A DNA stretch of 63,283 nucleotides, filler included, from Reclinomonas americana ATCC 50394 (GCA_048213135.1; 6 parts of 4 records of this genome joined end to end with filler, not necessarily neighbours in it), one strand, 5' to 3'; shown: positions 1 through 13,864, numbered from the whole stretch's first letter. The notes: generated by a model not told the origin, from the sequence alone. Program-made: numbers and translations.

Positions 1-3000
1 CTCTCACCACTCTCTCTCTCTCTCTCATACACTCACCGTACGCGTCAAAGTCCTCAGAGCGAATATCGATCGCCCACGGATTGCTTTCGCGAACAGACGT
101 GAAGTCCCAGTCGCCCACCGCTGGTGCTTTGCCGCGCGAAATGTACACGTCGATATTGTCGCCGAGACGAAGATAGTCGATGGTGCGCACCACCACATGC
201 AGATCAAAGTACCTGCACGGCAGTGAGGATATGACAGAGTGTGGCGAGCAGAAGACACACAGGTACAAACCGGTGCTTCGGAGTGACCTTGTACAGTGCC
301 ATGCGATTGGGGAACCTGAGCGATCGCGACGAGTGATGAGTTTGTACATGTATCACCACCTCGCTCCTCTTGGGTGAGAACAACACAAGACAGAGGGAAT
401 CAGCTACGCAACACCTCCTCCAGTGTTTGCATTCCATTCTCCTTCCACTTGTCGTATACAGGCCACGAGCTCACCGGACTCTGCATGTGTGCCGATCGAT
501 CTCAGAGCACTGCAGCTACTTTGGTGGTGGTTTTCGCTTCTGCAACAAACCTGGAAATCGGTAACATCCAAGCCGTCGTCGTGGAACTGCGCCGACAGAC
601 TGTTGTACGAGAACAGGCCATTGCAGACGCCAGCGTCGCTGATGCACACGCCTCGTGTCACCGAGTGCGTGGTGGCTGTGAAGATGCCGAAGGGATTCGT
701 GCCCAGCGGCGCACACCTGATGCAAGGCGTGTTGTCGGTCAACAAATGTTCCACCCACAGCAAGTCAATGGCTCTACTGCTACTACTCACCACCCGCAAC
801 CAGATCCGGCCAGCAGCGAGTCACCTGGTATATGTAGACAGAGAGTTGCACGTGAGGCGCCATACGAATTCATCGAGACAACTCGCTGCGCTCCCATGAT
901 ACACACTCACCAGCACAGGCTCCGCCACTCTGCGACAGCCACGATATGTTGGGAAGTGGATCCGTGTACTGTGCGCATCGCAGGTGAGCACTTCTAACAC
1001 GCACTGTGCCGGCGTCACTGATCAGATATCATTTGGCATTCGTACCTGACTCGGTCGCAAGTTGATGTTGTACCACTGCACGAGCGCGCCTTCAGTGCAC
1101 TCCCTCCACTTACAGATACAAGGAGAGCACAAACGCACCCCACAGAGGCTGACAAGAAGCGGGTTCGTCAGGCTGCTGATTGGCCAGGCTGATTTGCCAT
1201 CACTGGCACACACAATGTAAGTGCCGACAGTGGAGACAGGATCCGTGATGCAAATGCCGCTGCTGGTGACCGGATCGACGACCGCAATAGTGCACAGTTG
1301 GTTGGCAGACGAGCACGTTGTATCCGAAGGATCGCTGGTGATGCTGATCGGATCGCCGACAGCGACGCCCACATACGTAATTGTTAGAGTGTCACCACCA
1401 GTCTCACGAATGACGCGAGGAGAGAAGGATCCGACTGCGCCCGCACAAGTGTGTCACTCACTCATTGCACAACGTATGAACGCACACACACACACATACC
1501 GACTGCTAGTGGAACAGGTGGACTGGCAGAGCTGCCGACGCGGCGCCAGTTGTTTCCGTACGTGGTGGCCGTCACCAGCAGCTGCACACCAGACTCGTCG
1601 GTGCCGTTGGACAAGTCGAGAATGTCGCCGTACTCGTATCCAGTACCGGCCACGTCGATTGAGTCAACAGACGTCACCACTCCCGTTGTGCCGTCGGCAG
1701 TGACAGTGAAGGTGGCACCAGTGCCGTGTCCACCAAAGGTCGTGAACTGCCCGCTAGAGTTGAAACGCCCATCGCCACGGTTCACCAGCTGGACCGACAG
1801 CACACCGCCGACCTCTATGCCACCAACAAGGACACACACCGTGTACGTATCTGCCAAAGGAAATGAGCGCACTCCGGAGACGAGAAACGAATACCGGCGA
1901 GCAAATCTACCTGCCACTGGAGCGCTCGTGGACACCAATGAGAACGTGTTACTCGAGATGGGAAGAACGACGCTGGGATCGATGCCAGCATGTGGACAAT
2001 CCAATCCTGCACCACCACCAAGCAATTATTTGTTGGGCGATTCGCAGTGGAAATCCAAGCACGTTCACCAACAGACACACCTTCGTAGACCGTGGCAACA
2101 TCCGTGTCGTCGCCGTAGCCACCAACATTGGATAGGGTGATGGCGTCAGTGCCACCAGTGAATATCAGCAGCGTCGGCGAGTACGAATCGTAGTAGACTG
2201 CATGCATGAAGTCAGTGTGTGCGAACATACACATATATGCATGCAAGGAGTCGAACCGACAGTGATGGTAGGAGGCGAGGAGAGCAGTGCGCCACCGTAC
2301 GGCGTGTAGCACACGTAGTAAGTGCCCGGCGTTTGCAACCCAACACCACCCACAGTGATCATCATCTTCACATTTGGTCCGGTGGTCTGCAGAACTTTTG
2401 TCAGTATTCGGTGTACAAAGACACATCAGCGTGCAGTAGTAGCACACAATGTGACGCAACAGAGTCGAGAAACACTTTTCGCGGACCCGTGGCCAGAATG
2501 GGCGACACAGTGCAGGACGCATCGGTGCTGAAATGCACCGTGTCGGTGACTTTCAGACCCACACCGCTCAGCGTCAGCTGTGCGCCAATATCGAATGCGG
2601 GAATGCGGGTCGGCTGCACGCTGATCATAAAGAGTGACGACAAGTCATCTGTGCGCGCAGTGAGTCATGTGGCAACAAGTCACAGCGAAGAGGTGACTTG
2701 AAACGCAACATGCCGACAAAGCACCAACTGAGGGGACTTTCACGAGGCTCGAGACGCCGGCGTAAGAGATGCACAAAGCAAAGTTAGTGCGAGCCGACAG
2801 TCCGCTGCCACCCATGTGGACGTGCAGCTCGGTCTGCCGAAGGGAGGGAGAGCGATGTACATTCGTTGAGGACAGAGAAAAGCATGCCGGTGGACAGGAC
2901 TCTCGGAACACAAACCTCGTGTGGGTTGGTGAACGAGGTCCCCGTCAATGCATCCAGTGCCACGCCCGTGCATGAAGATATTGTGCCAGCAGGCGTCGCA

Positions 3001-3748
3001 AAAACCTTGTCGACCGTGTGCAAGTTCGCACCGAAAATCACGATGCGCGCGTACGGGTCATTGGCTCTGATCCCCAGTGGACGCAGTCCGCTGACGGTGG
3101 ACGCACGCAGAGTCCAACCACCGACTCGCCTGTGCGAATGCAGGGAGAGAGAGAGATCAAAGTCTGTCAGCAACGAGCTTCTGAGAAGCACGTGTATCAA
3201 TGAATTTATCCGCTGCGCAACATCTTGACTCCCGTGGCGAACTGATAGCACACGTAGTAGTCACCAGCTGGCACAATGGCCGCCAGCACGTAGCGTTCCG
3301 TGGACACGCCAGAGTCACCGTTCACCGCCGGCGTGTCGTCACTCAACGTGACATCGGTTGTCGCACAGCTGGAACTCGTCGACAGAAACACAATGTCACC
3401 ATCGGCAGCGGTGGCCAGCGAGGAGCCAGTGATGGTGATCTTGTCGGGTGAATCCAAGCTGAGAACGTTACCACGCACCACCGCTGGCGTGAAGAGTTGC
3501 ACAATGCCAGTGCGCGCTGGCACTGTGGGCGGCGGCGGCGGTGGTGGCGGTGGTCCGCCAGGCTTCGCATTGCCGGCCTCGACCACAGTGGCGCAACACA
3601 GCACGAGCAGGAGCACTACTCATGTAAGTCAGCGTCAGCGCATGAGAGAGTGCAAGAAATGCGAGTGTGTGTGAGAGAGAGTGAGAGTGAGACCTGCGTA
3701 TATCAATGGCGTGCGGTATGTTCGGAATGTCAACGATGCTGCCGCCAT
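1..3748 (-). CDS. Large secreted multidomain protein, tandem paralogue B (Ig/IPT-like repeats, PSI-like CGWC, PPC-like segment); runs off the left edge of the window
   Basis: ATG at 3748: MAAASLTFRTYRTPLIYA|VLLLVLCCATVVEA (signal peptide across a GT-AG intron). Exons are near-identical to copy A at 6840-10597, including repeated 'G-Y-Y-V-C-Y' modules, SGCGWCAP and NIDVYISRGKAP. Confidence 0.8.
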
Positions 3749-6700
3749 CTCACGAAGATACAGAGGTGGAAGCTGTCAGTGTGGGAGTGTTGGCGACAAG
3801 CGACGTGTGTGCGTGAATGCGTGCGTGCGCAAAGGTGGGCACAATGAGCTGTGCGTGGAGGGCCACACACAACTTGCAGTCTAATCAATGTCCTGTGCGC
3901 ACCACATTGTCCGCTTTTGCTGTTTCGCTTGTGGATGCACCGAGCTGCAGACACATGTCCTCCGTGTGCCTACCACCACGAGGTGCACGGGTTGCACATT
4001 TCACAAACAACGAGCGCGTTCTCCGTGTCAAAGAGAGCGGAGATGGTCATCTCCACTCTCCTGTTCCTCGCCCTCTCTCTCTCTCTTTCGCACTTCCTGT
4101 TCACCCCTGCGACTTCTCCCTTCTCATGCATTCCGTGGTCTTCGGCGGCAGTGTCGTTGGAGGACGAAGAGGGCGGATTGAGGAGATGATCTGCCTGGTC
4201 GCGCATAGTCCATGGCCTCCCTGCCGCAGCTGCAGCCTGTGGTCGACGACCTCCATATGTGGAAGATGCTGGCGGCTGGCCACCCCTCAAGGTCTCTCTG
4301 GGTTGTCGCTCGATTTCGTGCGCACAGGAGCGATCATCGGAACGCTTGCCTGTACGCGTGTGTTCCACTCATCGGTGAAGTCCTCAGACCTCGTTTGTCG
4401 CGCTTAGCAGCTGCTGCATGTCTGATTGGTAATGCAGCATGCGGGTTGGCAGGTCACTGACATTCCTAGACGTGAATGCTGTCGCGCTTCTGCTTGTACT
4501 TCAGCATCACGACCGCAAAGACGACATTCGTAACCATTGATGGATTCATTCATTCACACACGACGCGCAGACCCAGTATTATCGTATCGAGCACACGAGT
4601 TGCAATTGCCATTAGTACCCAACACATCCACTGCGTGCACCAACAGTACTCAGTCGACATACATCTCAACAAACTCCCCTTCAAACCGACCCCACGCAAC
4701 AGCTTGTGACAGAACGCCCACGATAGAATATCCACATCCTGCGTCACATCGCCGACAGCGCCTGTGAAGCCGATGTAGCCGAAGCCGCTGGCGTTGAGGA
4801 TGCCCTGCATCGCAAGCAACGTCAGCACGGTTTCCCAAAGCCCTCTGTCTTGTGCAGCGAAAACATCTAGATATCTCATTCCATACCCGTTGCTGCATGT
4901 GGTGCGTAGAGTATGCGCTGTCCAGCGTCACCTCCACCACCAATGCCGGCCGTGCGAGATTGTCCACAAACACTGTCAAGCGACCGGCCTTCTCGAACGC
5001 CGGCGGGTGATACCTGTAGTTGTAATTCATAAGCGTATATGCTTGGCGAGAGCAACAACAACGACGACGACGAACCACACTCGCACTGTGTGCACTTCGC
5101 CATCCGACAGATTGGGAATGGACAGCGATGCTCCAAGCAAGTGTGACGTGGCGTGATCCGCGGAGATCGGCACGCCCGACAGCGATGTGAACACTGCCAC
5201 ACGCAAATCAGTCTCATTGTCTCTCTCCACAGCAGTTTGCTTCATCATACCTGCAACGTGATTGTCTGCATAGTTCACGTACTCGGTGGCATTGATCCAC
5301 CAGTTGTCCAGGCCCTATCACCACACAGATTAGTGACGACAGACAGTTAGTTTATCAGGCAGCTGCGTTGCACCCACCTGTTTGGGATCCGTGTACTCCT
5401 TGTTGAACTGTGTACGTGTTGTGCACACTGCAGTCAGCAACCACCAAGCTACATTCCTCAACACACACACTACAAACCCAGGTGTCAAACTCGACAGCCA
5501 GAATGTTGCTCATGCCCTCGTATCCCAGACCTCGACCAACCGCCGATTGCGGATCTGTTGCCCAGCTGTCCGGCAGCAGGCCCTGGTTGTCCATCGACAA
5601 CGCCTTTTGCAGCACCAGCGCAAAGCCGTCGCCTCCCGCACAGAATCTACATGTCACATGTGTCGGCACTTGCATATTCATGTGCATGCACTCCCCCCAA
5701 CAACGAACCCATCCAGCTCCGTGCACAGACCCGGATTGTGGATGCGGAACTTGAAGCGTGCCTCGAAGCCGTCTTTCATGTACACTGGATCACCGGCCCA
5801 CACACCAGATCGCAGGTTGCGATCGGTCAGCATCGGGACCGCACCGGCCTGTCGTCGAGTCAGTCGCATGACACGGTTCGGCATTGGTGCGATGTCGTCG
5901 AACACAAACTGCGCAATGGAGTCAGAGAAAAAAAGCAGTCTAATACACAGCTCGACAGACACACTGCAGTAGTACCAGTGGCAAAATACTGTACAACGCG
6001 GACGCGGCGTTTGTGTCCACAGTCACCAGCATGCTCAGCGATGTCAAATCGCGCGCATTTAGCAATAGGCAATTGCCGACAGTCACTGGCGTCATGTTGT
6101 TACCGACAACTTCTACGGCAGCGCCGGGAGCATCCTGACAGCGGAAATCCGTAAAGTTGAAATCTGTGGTCGCAGTAATCAGCACAACGAAACAACACAC
6201 AGCACACTGCTCATCTCTTCTCAACACATACCAAGCCACAGTTGGAACGTGTATTGCGACGGACCACTCTTTTGTGGGAATTGGTTGTCGCCCAGGACAC
6301 CAACGTAGTACGAGGAGCAGCCGACCGGCGTACATGAACCTGCATGTATTCCACAATCAGGATCAGTCCGCTGCTACTTCTCACTATTCTCTCCCTCTCC
6401 CTCTCCCTCTCTCTCTCTCCTGAGTCGGAGANNNNNNNNNNNNNNNNNNNNNNNNNNNNNNNNNNNNNNNNNNNNNNNNNNNNNNNNNNNNNNNNNNNNN
6501 NNNNNNNNNNNNNNNNNNNNNNNNNNNNNNNNNNNNNNNNNNNNNNNNNNNNNNNNNNNNNNNNNNNNNNNNNNNNNNNNNNNNNNNNNNNNNNNNNNNN
6601 NNNNNNNNNNNNNNNNNNNNNNNNNNNNNNNNNNNNNNNNNNNNNNNNNNNNNNNNNNNNNNNNNNNNNNNNNNNNNNNNNNNNNNNNNNNNNNNNNNNN

Positions 6701-9700
6701 NNNNNNNNNNNNNNNNNNNNNNNNNNNNNNNNNNNNNNNNNNNNNNNNNNNNNNNNNNNNNNNNNNNNNNNNNNNNNNNNNNNNNNNNNNNNNNNNNNNN
6801 NNNNNNNNNNNNNNNNTCTCTCCTCCCTCCTCTCTCTCTCTCTTGTACACTCACCGTACGCGTCAAAGTCCTCAGAGCGAATATCGATCGCCCACGGATT
6901 GCTTTCGCGAACAGACGTGAAGTCCCAGTCGCCCACCGCTGGTGCTTTGCCGCGCGAAATGTACACGTCGATATTGTCGCCGAGACGAAGATAGTCGATG
7001 GTGCGCACCACCACATGCAGATCAAAGTACCTGCACGGCAGTGAGGATGTGATCATGATAGCATGTGGCGAGCAGAAGACACACAAACCGGTGCTTCGGA
7101 GTGACCTTGTACAGTGCCATGCGATTGGGGAACCTGAGCGATCGCGACGAGTGATGAGTTTGTACATGTATCACCACCTCGCTCCTCTCGGGTGAGAACA
7201 ACAACAGAGGGAGGGAATCAGCTACGCAACACCTCCTCCAGTGTTTGCATTCCGTTCTCCTTCCACTTGTCGTACACAGGCCACGAGCTCACCGGACTCT
7301 GCATGTGTGCCGATCGATCTCAGAGCACTGCAGCTACTTTGGTGGTGGTTTTCGCTTCTGCAACAAACCTGGAAATCGGTAACATCCAAGCCGTCGTCGT
7401 GGAACTGCGCCGACAGACTGTTGTACGAGAACAGGCCATTGCAGACGCCAGCGTCGCTGATGCACACGCCTCGTGTCACCGAGTGCGTGGTGGCTGTGAA
7501 GATGCCGAAGGGATTCGTGCCCAGCGGCGCACACCTGATGCAAGGCGTGTTGTCGGTCAACAAATGTTCCACCCACAGCAAGTCAATGGCTCTACTGCTA
7601 CTACTCACCACCCGCAACCAGATCCGGCCAGCAGCGAGTCACCTGGTGAGAGCTGCACGTGAGACGCTGTACGTCTTCATCGAGACAACTCGCTCACAAC
7701 CTACATACACACACACACCTGCACAGGCTCCACCACTCTGCGACAGCCACGATATGTTGGGAAGCGGATCCGTGTACTGAATGCGTCGCAGGTGAGCACT
7801 TCTAACACGCAGCATGCTGGCGTCACTGATCAAATTTTATGTGGCATACGTACCTGACTCGGTCGCAAGTTGATGTTGTACCACTGCACAAGCGCGCCTT
7901 CAGTGCACTCCCTCCACTTACAGATACAAGGAGAGCACAAACGCACCCCACAGAGGCTGACAAGAAGCGGGTTTGTCAGGCTGCTGATTGGCCAGGCTGA
8001 TTTGCCATCACTGGCACACACAATGTAAGTGCCGACAGTGGAGACAGGACCAGTGATGCAAATGCCACTGCTGGTGACCGCGTCTACGACCGCAATGGTG
8101 CACAGATTGCTGGCAGACGAGCACATCGTATCAGAAGGGTCGCTGGTGATGCTGATCGTATCACCGACAGCGATAGCCGCATATGTAATCGTCAAAGTGT
8201 CACCACCAGTCTCACGAATGACGCGAGGAGAGAAGGATCCCACTGCGCCCGCTCAAGCGTGTCACTCATTGCACAAATATTCGCGTGCGCGACACGCATG
8301 AATGCACACATACACACACGCACACACACACGCACACACACACACACACACACACGCACACACACACACACGCACCGACTGCTAGTGGAACAGGTGGACT
8401 GGCAGAGCTGCCGACGCGGCGCCAGTTGTTTCCGACGGTGGTGGCCGTCACCAGCAGCTGCACGCCCGACTCTTCGGTTCCAGTGGACAAGTCGAGAATG
8501 TCGCCGTACTCGTATCCAGTACCGGCCACGTCGATCGAGTCAACAGACGTCACCACTCCTGTCGTTCCATCAGCAGTGACAGTGAAGGTGGCACCAGTGC
8601 CGTGTCCACCAAAGGTCGTGAACTGCCCGCTAGAGTTGAAGCGTCCGTCGCCGCGGTTCACCAGCTGGACCGACAGCACACCGCCGACCTCTATGCCACC
8701 AACAAGGACACACACCGTGTACGTATCTGCCAAAGGAAATGAGCACACCCCGGAGACGAGAAACGAATATCGGCGAGCAAATCTACCTGCCACTGGAGCG
8801 CTCGTGGACACCAATGAGAACGTGTTACTCGAGATGGGAAGAACGACGCTGGGATCGATGCCAGCATGTGGACAATCCAATCCTGCACCACCACCAAGCA
8901 ATTATTTGTTGGGCGATTCGCAGTGGAAATCCAAGCACGTTCACCAACAGACACACCTTCGTAGACCGTGGCAACATCCGTGTTGTCGCCGTAGCCACCA
9001 ACATTGGATAGGGTGATGGCGTCCGTTCCGCCGGCCGACGGCAGCAGCGTCGGCGAGTACGAATCGTAGTAGACTGCATGCATGAAGTCAGTGTGTGCGA
9101 ACATACACATATTTGCATGCAAGGAGTCGAACCGACAGTGATGGTAGGAGGCGAGGTGAGCAGTGCGCCACCGTACGGCGTGTAGCACACGTAGTAAGTG
9201 CCCGGCGTTTGCAACCCAACACCACCCACAGTGATCATCATCTTCACATTTGGTCCGGTGGTCTGCAGAATTTTTGTCAGTATTCGGCGTACGAAGAAGA
9301 CACAGCGCGCGCTGCAGTAGCAGCACACAACGTGACGCAACAGAGTCGAGAAACACTTTTCGCGGACCCGTGGCCAGGATGGGCGACACAGTGCAGGACG
9401 CATCGGTGCTGAAATGCACCGTGTCGGTGACTTTCAGACCCACACCGCTCAGCGTCAGCTGTGCGCCAATATCGAATGCGGGAATGCGGGCCGGCTGCAC
9501 GCTGACCATGGTAAGTGACGCCAAGTCATCTGCGCGCACAATGGGTCACGTGTCAATACAGTATGTTGTCACAGCGCCTCACAGCGTCGACGGTGCCATC
9601 CAGTAAAAACGCAACATGCCGACAAAACACCGGATGAGGGGACTTGCACGAGGCTTGAGACGCCGGCGTAGGAGATGCACAAAGCAAAGTTGGTGCGAGC

Positions 9701-10615
9701 CGACAGCCCACTGCCACCCACGTGGACGTGTAGCTCGGTCTGCCGAAGGGAGGGAGAGGCGATGTACATTCGTTGAGGACAGACCATATGGCAAGACTGG
9801 GGAAGCACAAACCTCGTGTGGGTTGGTGAACGAGGTCCCCGTCAATGCATCCAGTGCCACGTCCGTGCATGAAGATACCGAGCCAGCAGGCGTCGCAAAC
9901 ACCTTGTCGACCGTGTGCAAGTTCGCACCGAATATCACGATGCGCGCGTACGGGTCGTTGGCTCTGATTCCCAGTGGCAGCAGTCCGCTGACAGTGGACG
10001 CACGCAGAGTCCACCCACCGACTCGCCTGTGCGCACGCAGAGACAGAAGTCAGCCACACTCACAGTGCAGCGTGCAGCGTGCAGCAATGAGGAATTTATC
10101 CGCAGCGCAACATCTTGACTCCCGTGGCGAACTGATAGCACACGTAGTGGTCTCCGGCTGGCACAGAGTCCGCCAGCACGTAGCGCTCCGTGGACACGCC
10201 AGAGTCACCGTTCACCGCCGGCGTGTCGTCGGTCAACGTGACATCGGTTGTCGCACAGCTGGAACTCGACGACAGAAACACAATGTCATTGTCGGTGGCG
10301 GTGGCCAGCGAGGAGCCAGTAATGGTGATCTTGTCGGGTGAGTGCGAACTATCCACACCACCGCGAACCACGGCCGGAGTGAAGAGTTGCACAATGCCAG
10401 TGCGCGCTGGCACAGCCGCAGTCACATGAACAGTGGCGCAACACAGCACGAGCAATAGCACTGTGGCCAACAAGAGTGGGTGAGTGCGAGGGAGAGCGAG
10501 CGTTCGTGTGCGTGCGTGTGCGTGTGAGTGAGAGAACACCTGCACAAAACAACGTCGAGTGGTTTGAGTAAGTTCGGAAGGACAGTGGCCGCGCCATCTC
10601 GCGAACTCAGAGGTG
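20..10615. repeat. Tandem segmental duplication (about 20-3760 versus about 6837-10615, offset about 6.8 kb)
   Basis: Long near-identical stretches, e.g. 400-830 versus 7218-7647 and 1690-2400 versus 8570-9280. The ORF track shows paired near-identical translations. Confidence 0.95.
4612..10597 (-). CDS. Large secreted multidomain protein with C-terminal L-type (legume-like) lectin domain, tandem paralogue A
   Basis: ATG at 10597: MARPLSFRTYSNHSTLFCA|VLLLVLCC. Multi-exon, spanning the gap at 6432-6816. C-terminal lectin motifs FEARFKFRI, GGDGFALVLQ, GLGYEG, LAVEFDTW, YIGFTGAVG and ILSWAF. Last exon GCVGY* with stop at 4612-4614. Confidence 0.8.
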
Positions 10616-10775
10616 GCAGTGTGCCGAAGAGCAGTGCGCGAGTGAGTGTGCGTGAGTGGGCACAGGTGTTCTCAAGCCCGTCTGCGTGTTTTGTGGTGAC
10701 CAATCGATGTCCTGTACTTCAGAGTCCCCCCGCCTGTGAACTGCGACGGTCGTGTGTGTGTGTGTGTGCAGCCGC

Positions 10776-11743
10776 ATGTCGTCCCTGTACTACCTCCTCG
10801 AGGCCCTTGGGTTGCGTCCAGGCACAAACAACAACACAACACACACATTCTCTGTCAAACAAAATGAAGATGGCCATCGCCACGATCCTCTCTCTTTCTT
10901 CCCCTCTCACTGCCCTCGTTGCACCCTGCGCATTCTCTCCTTCTCTCTCGGTGCCTTATATGCGGGCGTACAGGCTGGAGGATCGCAAGACTGCGGCCAA
11001 TTCATCCAACTCGACCTCGTCTTCCTCTTCCACCTCCTCCTCCACTCTCCCCGTCTTCCCTGCCGCACTGTCGACACGCGACAAGGCCAATCTCATTGAT
11101 GTGGAAGAGGCGGGTCGTCTGGCCATCTATCGAGGTCAGTCTGTGTTGTCTCTCTGTTTCGCGCGCGCGCGTCTTGTCCTTTGCCTCACTCTCTCTCTCT
11201 CTCTCATTCTTGTCTTGGAAAGGAGCGGGCATTGGAACGCGTGACTGTGCATGCGTGCGCTCCACTCATCCGGTGCCGCTCACCTGCGGAATCTATTATT
11301 TCGAGGTCAAGATTGTCAGTCGCGGCCGTCTTCCGTTGCGCTTGCTCTCTCTCTCCTCGCTCTCTTGCCCTGGTCGCACACTGAAGTCTATGTTGTATTA
11401 CAGGTTGATTGGTATCGGTCTGTGCAGTCGCACTGTGCAGCTGAACAAGCAGCCGGGATGGGAGCAGCATTCGTATGGCTATCACGGAGACGATGGACGC
11501 AAATTCTGGTCCGTGTTTGTCGTTGTTGCTTCTTCTTGTGTGGCGTCGACTCACTCTGCGTGCAGTTCGTCGGGGCGTGGTACCGAGTATGGTCCCACGT
11601 GGAACACGGGCGACACGATCGGCTGCCTGGTGAACTTTATCACTCGCACCATTGCGTACACCCGGAACGGGAAGCACTTGGGTACGGCAGCAGTGAACCA
11701 GCCTGTGGGACTATGCGTGGTGGAGCTGACCAAATGCGTTGTG

Positions 11744-11775
<32 letters not shown>

Positions 11776-13272
11776 TCCCCTCCTGCCGCAGGTGTGGCCT
11801 TTGAGGCGTTCTCGGAGGAGTTGTATGTGGCAATTGGCATGAACTCGGCCGGAGCTGTGGTGCAGCTGAACTTTGGACAGGAACCATTCGTGTTCAACCT
11901 CAAGAACTATGTCGACGTTGAGTCTATCTCTCTATCTATCTATCTCTGTGTGTGTGTGTGCATGTGTGTAGATCCGACGCCGACTGACGACCGTCGCAGG
12001 AGGCGCGCGGCAATCTAATGGCAGAAATCGAGTGCATTTCACTCGCAGACATGGCGACCCCACCACCTCCAGCATCATCGTCTTCTGCCGCCACCGCCGC
12101 CTCTGCCTCCGACTTGTCAGCATCCGCATCGGCAATGCAGGTGGATGAGCCACTGGCACCGCCCTTTACGCCGCCGCCACCGCTGTCCGATGGTCCTCCA
12201 TCTGGCTCATCGGCTGCCGCCGGAGCAACGCCAACCGTCTCCGCCGCCATGCACTCGCTGATTCTCGGCTACCTCATCCATCAGGGCTACCCGCAGACCG
12301 CCAGCGTATTCGCTCGAGCGTGCAACAGCAGCAGCACCAGTGAGCTGCTGGAGCATCTGCACTCGATCGAGCACCGACAAGGCATGTTTGTGTCTTCTTC
12401 TTGGTCGTCGTCGACGCCGCCTTGCAACTGACTGTCTGTTCGTGTGTTGCAGCCATTCGGGATCACATCCTGAACGACCGTGTCGACGAGGCACTGGAGC
12501 TGTTGCAGCAGCTGTATCCGCGCATTGTGGAGACGCGCACGGATTTGATTCTTCGTCTGCGGTGTCAAGTGTTTATTCGCTTTCTGCGTGATTTCCACGA
12601 ACGTGGTGACCAGGTTCGGTGCACCACCCATCGCTTGTCATTATCGGCAGTCCAACTGAGTGGTGGTGGTACGCGCGCGCAGTCGCTGCAATTGCGCGCT
12701 CTGGCCTACGGTCGTGAGTATTTCAGCGACTGGTCGCGCTTCTCTGACGAAGACCAGGAGCACCTGAAGAATGTTCTGTCGCTGATCGGCTACAAGAATC
12801 TGTACGACAACCCCATGCGACACTTGCTGGAGCCAGTGGAGCTGATCGAGCTGGCCAACGCCGTGAATGCGGCCATTTGTGGTTTGTCAGGAGGTCCTCC
12901 CACTCACGCATGTCCGGTGTACCCACCTGCGTGGTGTGTGCTTGCGCAGTATCGCTGTGGCAGGCACCAGTGAGCCCATTAGAACAGCTGATTCGCCAGA
13001 TGTTTGTGACGGTCGACACGTTGGGTCGGAAACCGTTCATGCAGCTGCAGCATGAAAAGTGGGCGGCGTCGGTGCGTATTCCCCACCACCCGCCACCATA
13101 TGGTGATCGCCACACATGCTTCCCTGACAGCCACTCCACAGGTGGCTTTGTTGCCACACCGGCAAATCATTACTGGTCGCCAGCCGGAGCCATCATCGTC
13201 GCCACCACCGCCGCTGGTGGCGCCCCCCATTTCGCAAATCTTCCGCAGTCGTTCCAGCGACGCCATGTGTGA
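10776..13272 (+). CDS. RANBP9: Ran-binding protein 9/10-like (SPRY-LisH-CTLH-CRA; CTLH/GID E3 complex scaffold)
   Basis: Spliced SPRY motifs ACVRSTHPVPLTCGIYYFEVKI, QPGWEQHSYGYHGDDG, YGPTWNTGDTIGC, YTRNGKHLG and NFGQEPFVFN. LisH motif LILGYLIHQGYPQTA, CTLH motif IRDHILNDRVDEAL, CRA motif ELANAVNAAI. Confidence 0.92.
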
Positions 13273-13864
13273 GTCGTGAGAAGGAACGACTCCGGGCAGC
13301 GCCTGCACGCACAATTTGTTTGCACGCGTGTCAGACTGTAGGGGGGAGAATGTGATGAAGGAGAGGAGCGGAAGTGAGGACACGAGAAAGACGTGGGTCC
13401 CTCGCGCACACCAGCGTGGTCTGCCAACGACGTCAGAGCGGGTGTACTGACACGCTCTCCTGTTGTGTGTTGCAGCCGAGGGTTCCGACGAAGAAAGCAG
13501 ATGGCTTGCTTACGAAGGGCACGTGTGGTGCGTGATGCACTGTCGTCTCTTGCGGGAACGGTGTGCTGATGTTGTTGTCTTGCAGGGATGCTGCACGGCG
13601 ATACGCTGGTCCCCGTTCACAAGTTGCGTGCGACTCTGTTGCTCGATGATTTTTTTCGTCCGTATACTGACACTTTACTGCCGACCTGTCAGTCTCCACG
13701 GCAAGCTCGTCCGGGCATGCAAGCGCAGAGTCTCTCGATGGGCGCGCAAAGTGGCACTCATGGCCTGCTGGCCCGACTGTTTGAGCGACTGCCCCGTCAT
13801 CCACTGGCCGACAGTGCGTCTTGTGTTGCTGTTGACGCCCATTCTTGCATTCATTGCCGCGTGA

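Noticed and set aside
3850..4560. Possible small + strand gene between the lectin paralogues
   Set aside because: Intron-like signals exist, but no splice combination I tried gave a convincing protein.
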